Shown: one piece after another, positions 57,275-64,000 of the stretch
Layout: each line of letters starts with the position of its first letter
Numbering within the stretch: the first letter of the stretch is position 1
NCBI GenBank assembly: GCA_944325605.1
Contig: CALVAX010000010.1
Location: 5,933 to 69,932 of the forward strand
Length of the DNA stretch: 64,000 nucleotides
Reading direction: 5' to 3'
Source of the DNA: Candidatus Gastranaerophilales bacterium
Lineage (GTDB): Bacteria; Cyanobacteriota; Vampirovibrionia; Gastranaerophilales; Gastranaerophilaceae
The notes under the pieces: model-generated
Database searches by the model: none
Told to the model about the DNA's origin: nothing
The model's input: the letters and a program-made list of their open reading frames with translations, nothing else
Translations under genes and position numbers: made by a program

Positions 57275-58279
57275 TTGGAAAAAATAAAAATAAAACCGCT
57301 TACTAAAGAACAGTTACTTATTTCGGCAGACAGGCTGACCAGATTTAAAAATACCGAAGCTAAGTATCTTAGAGTTTTCAAGGATATAATAACCGGCAAT
57401 CTGATAACGCCAAAGTTCAAAAAACAACAGCTTGATGAAACAGATTATTGCCAGCTTAAAATTATGGCTGAAAACATAATCAATTACTCGCTTGAAATAT
57501 TAAATATCAACCCTGACGGAGATTATTTGATAAATCAGAGGCTTTATGACTACGAAAAATCAGTATTTAAAATTTCAGCACAAACAGAAAATCTTCTGCA
57601 AAACAAAATTAACTACAAGGGAATAACTAAACTTTTTTCCGGCAATGAGGTCAAAAATTTAAAATGGCTTGAAGCACTTGAAAATTCTCCGGATATAATA
57701 CAAACGAGAAAAGAAAAGTCACTTTTATTTCCTGTTGAAAAAGTAATAATTTGCGAAGGAATTACAGAAGAAACCCTTCTGCCTGTGTTTGCGGATATTT
57801 ACGGCTTCAACTTTGACAGAAACGGTATTCACATTATCTCTGCAGGCGGGAAAAATCAGGTTGTAAAAACTTATTATGAACTTGCCGAAAACCTTAAGAT
57901 ACCTATCTTTGTCCTTCTTGACAAGGATGCTTCGGATAATCTTTTATCAATAAAGGCAAGACAAAGAGAAATGGATAATGTTTATATACTGACAAGCGGT
58001 GAATTTGAGGATTTGCTGCCGGTTCCGCTTATTGAAAGGACTCTGGCGTACGCTTTTGAAAATATTTCGCTTGTCGATCTTGAATTTTTAAAACAAGAGA
58101 TGCCTAAAGTTAAAATTTTGGAAGAGATATTCAAAAACAGGGGGCTGCATGAGTTTAAAAAGTCAGAATTCGCAAACCTCGTAAAAATAAACATTAAAAG
58201 CAAAGAAGATTTATCTGATGAAATAATTAAGATACTGGAAATTTTGCAAGCAGGAACAAGCAAAAAGGAACTTGTGTAA
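57275..58279 (+). CDS. stand-alone OLD-family TOPRIM domain protein
   Basis: VIICEGITEETLLP (TOPRIM Glu), GGKNQV and IFVLLDKDA (DxD). TTG start with a GAAGGA RBS. No ATPase domain. Confidence 0.65.
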   Translation: MEKIKIKPLTKEQLLISADRLTRFKNTEAKYLRVFKDIITGNLITPKFKKQQLDETDYCQLKIMAENIINYSLEILNINPDGDYLINQRLYDYEKSVFKISAQTENLLQNKINYKGITKLFSGNEVKNLKWLEALENSPDIIQTRKEKSLLFPVEKVIICEGITEETLLPVFADIYGFNFDRNGIHIISAGGKNQVVKTYYELAENLKIPIFVLLDKDASDNLLSIKARQREMDNVYILTSGEFEDLLPVPLIERTLAYAFENISLVDLEFLKQEMPKVKILEEIFKNRGLHEFKKSEFANLVKINIKSKEDLSDEIIKILEILQAGTSKKELV

Positions 58280-58333
58280 GTTCCTTTGTAAAAATGGAGT
58301 TTAAACCATATTCGTAGAATTACAATCCTAAAT

Positions 58334-59170
58334 CTAGTTACCAACCAGCCTCAAGGCTTCTTCAAGCAATTCTTTGTTGGTTGATATTAATTTATTGGAA
58401 ATTTCCATCTGAAGCTTTGCCATCTGATAATAAGAAATATTTCCTTTAAAATCAGCATTAGACATTTCCAGAAGTCCAGAACGAATTTCGCCCATACCAA
58501 GAACAGGCTTGCCAGATTCTTCTGTTTCTATAAAATATCCTTCATTAATTTCATAAAGAGCTGCAGCATTGTGGAAATTGCGGGTTGTTATCCGGTATAA
58601 CGGAATTGTTCTTTTTCCGCCGTCCGCTTTTCCGTAAATAGTGCCGTCTTCCTTAATTTCATAATCGTCATATTTACCTAAAAATTTTCCGTTGCTCGGA
58701 TCTATCCACAATTTGATATTTGTAGTCGGAACATCAAGAGCTCCGCCGTTTAATGCTGTTTGCTCATACAAATCCTGAGAAACAGTCTTGGTACCCTGCA
58801 TGATTTCGCCTTTATCATTCAGAATATACCCTTGAACAGTATTGCCGTTCTTTGCACGGTAAACCCCTTCGCCATCAAAAGTAAATTCTCCAAGACGGGT
58901 ATAAACACTTTTCCCTTCAGGAGTTTTTGTCAGGAAAAAGCCTTTGCCTTCTAAAAAGAGGTTATCTTTTGAAGTACCCGGGGTTGATTTACCCTGATCT
59001 GTTTTTTTATCATAATCATCAGCAATTGCCCCGCCAAGGAAAGTCTTAAAATTGACCTGAGCTTCCCTAAAACCGGGAGTATAGACGTTAGTCATGTTGT
59101 ATGCAATAACGTCCATCCAATTCTGGGTAGATTTCTGGGTATTCAGCGCCGTGGTATAAGAATCATTCAT
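58334..59170 (-). CDS. flagellar hook/rod protein (FlgE/FlgG family, short form)
   Basis: N-terminus MDVIAYNMTNVYTPGFRE and C-terminus GLLEMSNADF...YQMAKLQ. It lies downstream of the fliK-like gene. Confidence 0.75.
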   Translation of the reverse strand: MNDSYTTALNTQKSTQNWMDVIAYNMTNVYTPGFREAQVNFKTFLGGAIADDYDKKTDQGKSTPGTSKDNLFLEGKGFFLTKTPEGKSVYTRLGEFTFDGEGVYRAKNGNTVQGYILNDKGEIMQGTKTVSQDLYEQTALNGGALDVPTTNIKLWIDPSNGKFLGKYDDYEIKEDGTIYGKADGGKRTIPLYRITTRNFHNAAALYEINEGYFIETEESGKPVLGMGEIRSGLLEMSNADFKGNISYYQMAKLQMEISNKLISTNKELLEEALRLVGN

Positions 59171-60104
59171 TATCGTTCTCCTTATCTTTGCGTTTTCCGG
59201 ATTCCTGATCCTGCTGTTTATATTTGCTGTAGGTTAATTCGTTATATGGAAGATTTTCATCATCAAAGCGTTGTCTTAAATATGAGATATTATTTCTTAA
59301 ATAGGCCTCCACAGCCTTGTCGCCGGGGATAAAATTAGCGTTTAGATTTCCGTCTTTATCAACTCTCATAACAACAGAAACATCTTTGTCAAAATCTATT
59401 CTGAAAGCTTTATTGTTATTCATGGAATCAGCCAGCGCATCCATCAAAACACTTGAAACTTTTGCTGTTTTTTCGACAGACTGAACATTTGCAGTATTAA
59501 GAGCTTTTTGAAATCCGCCGGCAATACTTTGCATTGACATATCTGTCTTTGTTACAAGATTTGCAAAAAACAAAGCGTCACCTTCTGACATTGAAAAACG
59601 ACTATAATCAATTGCAGGAGCTGATGTATAAACATCTTCGCTTATGCCGGTTTTAAAATTTACATTTTGAAGGCAGTTTACATTTCCATTTTTAGAATTC
59701 AATCTTAACATCTCTGCTATTTCATCAGAAAGCATTGAGGATTGCGGATTTTGATTATTTTGCTGCCCTTGCTGCTGATTTTGTTGATTTTGTCCGGAGG
59801 TGTCCTCATTCTTAACCTGATTATCTTTCTGCTGTTCTGATTTTGGGGTTTTATTTTCGTCTGCCTTTGCTGTAACTTTTGTATCATCTTCAGTTTTGTC
59901 ATAATCAGATTTTACAGCTTCACATTCAGCATCAGCTTCAATCTCAGAGTCCGAATTTTCAAGCTTTGAAGTTGTAGTTTTTCCGGAAAGCGATTCCATC
60001 TGAAACTTAAAAGCCTCATCACCTTTTGAAATAGAATTCTGGTATGCAGCAATATAGTTATTTTTATCGTTTGCCGGTGTAAGAGTTGATGTATCTATAT
60101 TCAT
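59163..60104 (-). CDS. fliK: flagellar hook-length control protein FliK-like
   Basis: Q/N-rich central region. The C-terminus (FRIDFDKDVSVVMRVDKDGNLNANF) is Flg_hook-like. Its position is between fliJ and the hook gene. Confidence 0.55.
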   Translation of the reverse strand: MNIDTSTLTPANDKNNYIAAYQNSISKGDEAFKFQMESLSGKTTTSKLENSDSEIEADAECEAVKSDYDKTEDDTKVTAKADENKTPKSEQQKDNQVKNEDTSGQNQQNQQQGQQNNQNPQSSMLSDEIAEMLRLNSKNGNVNCLQNVNFKTGISEDVYTSAPAIDYSRFSMSEGDALFFANLVTKTDMSMQSIAGGFQKALNTANVQSVEKTAKVSSVLMDALADSMNNNKAFRIDFDKDVSVVMRVDKDGNLNANFIPGDKAVEAYLRNNISYLRQRFDDENLPYNELTYSKYKQQDQESGKRKDKENDNE

Positions 60105-60583
60105 TAGCCCTCCAGTTGTTTCAACTGATTCATCAGTTCTTCCTCTTCCTGACGCTCCTGTTCCTGCCTGAAGAAACGCTGGACACCAAGTTCGGAATAG
60201 CCTTTAAGCTCTGCTTTTTTCTCTTCTTCTAGATATGCCTCACGGCTTTTTTCTTTGTGTTTTTCAAGAACTTTTACGGCTTGCTCCAGCTTTACAAGCT
60301 TTGCCTTCTCCATATCGAGAACTCTCTGAGCTTCCGCGCGTATTTGTTCTAACTGTTCTGCCTTTTCCCAGAGATGTATAAGGTACCTGTCATAAGTTTC
60401 ATACATCATAGGATCCGCCTGCCTCATATTTATCTGAGTTTCACGAATTTCTTCGTTATTTTTACGGATATTTTCCTCTGCAATAAATACTGCCTGTTGG
60501 GCTTTTTGAACAACCAGAAGCTGTTCTTCTTTCTTTCTGATTCGAAAATCAAGCACTTTTTGCAGTCGGTATCTAAAAGGCAT
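60104..60583 (-). CDS. fliJ: flagellar export chaperone FliJ
   Basis: 159-aa coiled coil with FRYRLQKVLDFR at the N-terminus. Confidence 0.7.
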   Translation of the reverse strand: MPFRYRLQKVLDFRIRKKEEQLLVVQKAQQAVFIAEENIRKNNEEIRETQINMRQADPMMYETYDRYLIHLWEKAEQLEQIRAEAQRVLDMEKAKLVKLEQAVKVLEKHKEKSREAYLEEEKKAELKGYSELGVQRFFRQEQERQEEEELMNQLKQLEG

Positions 60584-60672
60584 CTTTTACACTTTCTTAT
60601 GTTGATTATCCGCTATTTAGAAAGTGATACAAACATCTATTTGTATGATATTAATTTAAGGATTTTTTTAAA

Positions 60673-61764
60673 TTAGTCAAGAATATGCACCCCCATACCA
60701 CCGCCGCGCATGGTATTACTGTACGCATAACCTCCCCAGTTATCACGGTATCCCTGCTGAATTCCGCCTCCGTTAAATCCAAAATTAGGAATTGCATACG
60801 GAATTACCGGAGGAGTTACGCCTGTTGGATATCCGCTGAAGTATCGTCCGGCACGGCTTAGAGTATTACGCCAGCCACTTTTTGTCCCGTAATCTCCGTA
60901 GCATGTTGAATATGGATCATCCTGCACAACTTCAGGCTTTTTTGCAACTAATGCATGCTCAAGAGTTGCAAGCCTGCGCTTTAAATCTCCGCTTTGAATT
61001 GTGCCGAAAACCCGTTCCTCTAAATTCGATATTCTTTCTGCATTTGCCTTATCCTCAAAAGTCTTGTTAAAAACCCGCATTTCCAACTTTGCAACAGCAT
61101 CTTCAGAAACAGCTTTAGAATTGTAATTAACAAAGAGATTATTTATCCTCTCTGATTCGCTCATTGCAGGATAAGTTTTATCAAACATCTCCTTTTCAAG
61201 ACGATTTAATCTTAAACTTGATGTCTGATGCTCAAACGTTTTGCCATATATATTTTTTTCTACAAGAGAAAGTCTTGGATCCTTTGTATAATTTTCTTTG
61301 TTTGCAACATCAACTATGCTGTCGCCGGAAAGGCTTTTTAGTTTGTAATTAAGAACCTGTTCTTCCTCCGGAGCATAATCACCTGTCTGTTCGAGAGTTC
61401 TGCGCATTGTAAAAAACTTATCAAACATCGGCTTTTCTTCAGTTGAAGCGCTTGCGGCTGCGTTATTATTGCTTTGAACTTCATATTCCTCATAAGGCCT
61501 GCTGTAAGTATTTGCGCCGTAATAAACAGGATAATAAGTTCCGTTATAAATACGCCCGAACGTATTGCCGTAATAAGGACGAATAAAATTTCTGCCGAAA
61601 TAACTGTTATAAGGTCTTGCATAATGCCTGTAATAAGGCCTGATAAAAGGATTTACCCTTCTGTTGTATGGCGGAAACGGCCGGGAAGTAGTGATTACCC
61701 TTGAAACCGCCATGAGATTTGGGGCAAACAGTGCAACTATCAATAATAAAACAGCTTTTTTCAT
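60673..61764 (-). CDS. secreted repeat protein (RPYY-rich N-region, four LE..vF.KTf...R(I/L)..LE repeats, G-rich tail)
   Basis: Signal peptide MKKAVLLLIVALFAPNLMA plus the internal repeats. Confidence 0.6.
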   Translation of the reverse strand: MKKAVLLLIVALFAPNLMAVSRVITTSRPFPPYNRRVNPFIRPYYRHYARPYNSYFGRNFIRPYYGNTFGRIYNGTYYPVYYGANTYSRPYEEYEVQSNNNAAASASTEEKPMFDKFFTMRRTLEQTGDYAPEEEQVLNYKLKSLSGDSIVDVANKENYTKDPRLSLVEKNIYGKTFEHQTSSLRLNRLEKEMFDKTYPAMSESERINNLFVNYNSKAVSEDAVAKLEMRVFNKTFEDKANAERISNLEERVFGTIQSGDLKRRLATLEHALVAKKPEVVQDDPYSTCYGDYGTKSGWRNTLSRAGRYFSGYPTGVTPPVIPYAIPNFGFNGGGIQQGYRDNWGGYAYSNTMRGGGMGVHILD

Positions 61765-61832
61765 TTCTATCTCCTGTAACTCTTCTTATAAAAGTTATAA
61801 CAGGAGAAAGTTGTTCACATTATCCGATAAAG

Positions 61833-62249
61833 CTATTCTTGAGGAGGATTTTGCTCCGCAGCGGCAGAACTTCCGTTATCAAATGTTGTAATTATTGAAA
61901 CCAAAATTAACGTAAAAATCAGCCCGCACGGCAATGCGATAAAGATTGATGCGATATACAACAAAACAGCAGGAACTGATTTCCACAATTTTTTGCAAGT
62001 TACAATTGATGCGCCAATAAATACAGTAAATAAAAATCCAATTATCGGCCCCCACAAGCGGCCTATATTAGTTCCGATAGAGCTGCCGTCCGCAATACAA
62101 GCCTGAGGTTTCATTAAACAATAAAAAGTTGCAAGTAAGGCTGATACCAGACCGCACAACAATCCGCCAATCAGCACATAAACAATATAAAAGCCTAAAG
62201 CATTTAAACCGCTCCGTTTTACTGAGAAATCAAACAAATTCTTAAACAT
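61833..62249 (-). CDS. small 4-TM membrane protein
   Basis: 138 aa with four hydrophobic segments. Confidence 0.55.
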   Translation of the reverse strand: MFKNLFDFSVKRSGLNALGFYIVYVLIGGLLCGLVSALLATFYCLMKPQACIADGSSIGTNIGRLWGPIIGFLFTVFIGASIVTCKKLWKSVPAVLLYIASIFIALPCGLIFTLILVSIITTFDNGSSAAAEQNPPQE

Positions 62250-62258
62250 CCAATCCTC

Positions 62259-63020
62259 CTAGCAAATTTCCTGCAAAATGTTTGTTGAATTGAATTTTCT
62301 CGGGGAATGAAGGTTGATGTACCCCTTCAAAAGTTCAAAACATACATTACAGATTTTTTCAGTAGCTTTTTCTTCAAACTCACTTTTTTGCTCAAAATCA
62401 GTAATTTCAAGAGCTTTCAGAAAATCTCTGAGTTTGTAATGCATAATTACCGGAATACCGTAAGTTTCGTTGCAATCCTTACAAATTACCCCGCCTAAAG
62501 TTGAAGAAAAATACATATTATCTTCCCCTAACGCACATCCGCACTTAAGGCACGAATTAAGCTCTACCCCGAAACCTGATAAAACCATCATTTTCATCTG
62601 AAACTTCAAAACAGCTATCAGAATTTCAATCTTATCCGAAGACGAAGCTATATGCTCTAAAGCTTTGTACAACAAATCAAACACTTCATTTGAACAAGGA
62701 TCATCCTCAACCCCGAAATTAGCAACAACCTCGCTTATATAAAGAGAATAGAATATTTTATCCATATTCTGCCTTATACGGTTAAATGTATTTAAAGCTT
62801 CCGCCTGACAGATTGTATCAAGATTTTTACCCTTATAAAGCATTAGTTTATTTGCCACAAGAAGATCCATACGGGCACCGAGTTTGCTTTTGGGTTTCTT
62901 AACACCTTTAGCAACCCCTCTTATCAGCCCCTTATCTCTTGAATACATTACTATAATTTTATCTGACTCGCTTAGATTATACGATTTCAGATTAATTGCA
63001 TCCGTCACAAAATTATTCAT
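62259..63020 (-). CDS. recO: DNA repair protein RecO
   Basis: OB-fold N-terminus (SESDKIIVMYSRDKGLIRGVAKG) and a CLKCGC...CKDC zinc finger. Confidence 0.85.
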   Translation of the reverse strand: MNNFVTDAINLKSYNLSESDKIIVMYSRDKGLIRGVAKGVKKPKSKLGARMDLLVANKLMLYKGKNLDTICQAEALNTFNRIRQNMDKIFYSLYISEVVANFGVEDDPCSNEVFDLLYKALEHIASSSDKIEILIAVLKFQMKMMVLSGFGVELNSCLKCGCALGEDNMYFSSTLGGVICKDCNETYGIPVIMHYKLRDFLKALEITDFEQKSEFEEKATEKICNVCFELLKGYINLHSPRKFNSTNILQEIC

Positions 63021-63022
63021 AA

Positions 63023-64000
63023 CTATTGATAATCTCTGTCTTTGCCGGAACTTGTGCCGCGGAATACACCACGGAACATCTGGCTTAATTCATTCTTGTC
63101 ATCAGAATATTCAAGAGCAACATCTTCTGATATAAAGCCCTCATTATACAGATTATAAAGCGACATGTTCATTGTAATCATGTTGTTGAAAGAACCTTTA
63201 CGTACAAGATCATAGACATCTTCAAGCTTGTCTTTTTCTATAAAATCTTTAACTGTAGAAGTTACAACAAGAAGCTCGCAAGCCGGTCTGCGCCCCATAC
63301 CGTCTTGAAGCGGCACCAATCTCTGGGATACTGTTCCTCTTAAAATCTGTGCAATCTGTCCTCTGATATGAAGCCTGTCAGCAGGATCAAACATATTAAC
63401 AATTCGGTTTACGGTTTGAACAGCATCGTTAGTGTGAATAGTTGCAAACACTAAATGCCCTGTTTCTGCTGCTTTTAAGGCACTTACGACGGTTTCCCTG
63501 TCCCTGATTTCTCCGATAAAAATAACGTCCGGATCCTGTCTTAATGCATATTTTACACCTTCAGGGAAAGATGGCGTATCTATGCCTATTTGTCTTTGCG
63601 TAACTATAGATTTTCTGTTATTAAAAATAAACTCTACAGGATCTTCAATTGTAATAATATGTTTTGGATAGTTTTGATTTATATAGTCAACAAGAGAAGC
63701 AATAGTTGTTGATTTACCGCTTCCTGTCGGGCCTGTAATCAATACCAGCCCGTTGTTTAAAGTTGCAAACTGTTCAATAGCAAGAGGCAAATGAAGCTCT
63801 GAAACAGTTTTGATTTCATAAGGAATTGTTCTTATTACTAGAGAAAATCTGCCCAGTTGACGGCTCAAATTCACACGAAATCTTGAACATCCGGCAATTT
63901 CATAAGCAAAATCCAAATCATAAATATTATCAAGCATTGTATTGTTAATACTTGCAGGAAGCAACGCCCCGTAAGCTTCATCAATATCTGTCGCTGTTAA
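63023..64000 (-). CDS. pilT: type IV pilus retraction ATPase PilT (N-terminus beyond window)
   Basis: GLVLITGPTGSGKSTT, DPDVIFIGEIRD and HLVFATIHTNDAVQTVNRIV motifs. The frame is open to nt 64000. Confidence 0.9.
   Translation of the reverse strand, partial: LTATDIDEAYGALLPASINNTMLDNIYDLDFAYEIAGCSRFRVNLSRQLGRFSLVIRTIPYEIKTVSELHLPLAIEQFATLNNGLVLITGPTGSGKSTTIASLVDYINQNYPKHIITIEDPVEFIFNNRKSIVTQRQIGIDTPSFPEGVKYALRQDPDVIFIGEIRDRETVVSALKAAETGHLVFATIHTNDAVQTVNRIVNMFDPADRLHIRGQIAQILRGTVSQRLVPLQDGMGRRPACELLVVTSTVKDFIEKDKLEDVYDLVRKGSFNNMITMNMSLYNLYNEGFISEDVALEYSDDKNELSQMFRGVFRGTSSGKDRDYQ

Overview
This is a low-GC, gene-dense bacterial chromosomal segment with about 55 protein genes. I recognised no rRNA, tRNA, CRISPR array or transposase. 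The backbone is housekeeping: def-fmt-aroH, queE, purD, typA, ruvB, ribF, ftsEX, metF, deoC, recO, glgA, a dapL-like aminotransferase and two plsC paralogs. Motility genes of two kinds are present: flagellar flhB-fliA and fliJ-fliK-hook/rod, and type IV pilus pilT plus three pilin-like paralogs. That mix, with an LL-DAP aminotransferase and many FT(L/M)AEV pilins, fits a flagellated, piliated gut-type lineage such as Melainabacteria/Vampirovibrionia. This placement is only a low-confidence inference. Three regions look non-ordinary. (1) A roughly 10.4-kb, tightly overlapping minus-strand glycan operon (9799-19666) is headed by a 175-aa tyrosine-recombinase-like gene. Immediately upstream lies a 105-bp segment bracketed by perfect 23-bp inverted repeats, the architecture of an invertible promoter switch. 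(2) Each of the three pilin-like genes carries a homopolymeric G tract (9, 12 or 13 nt) in its leader-coding region. One copy is visibly frameshifted and would be restored to a canonical prepilin by loss of a single G. A second copy needs -1/+2. A third has an interrupted tract plus an in-frame TGA, followed by 33 more codons of conserved pilin C-terminus. (3) The pilin genes sit in three long non-coding islands (about 1.3, 1.1 and 0.6 kb). These are built from a small vocabulary of palindromic MITE/REP-like modules separated by degenerate TTCAAC/TTCAC 8-mer arrays. They include identical 106-bp and 176-bp copies and a nested GC-rich structured 86-bp insert. Other notable items are a recurrent leaderless-mRNA geometry (-10 box exactly 6 nt before the ATG at five or more genes), a hicAB pair, a stand-alone OLD-type TOPRIM protein, and a 1171-aa zinc-ribbon/degenerate-cyclase/TPR protein coupled to glgA. 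All functional calls rest on motif recognition by eye; no database searches were run.
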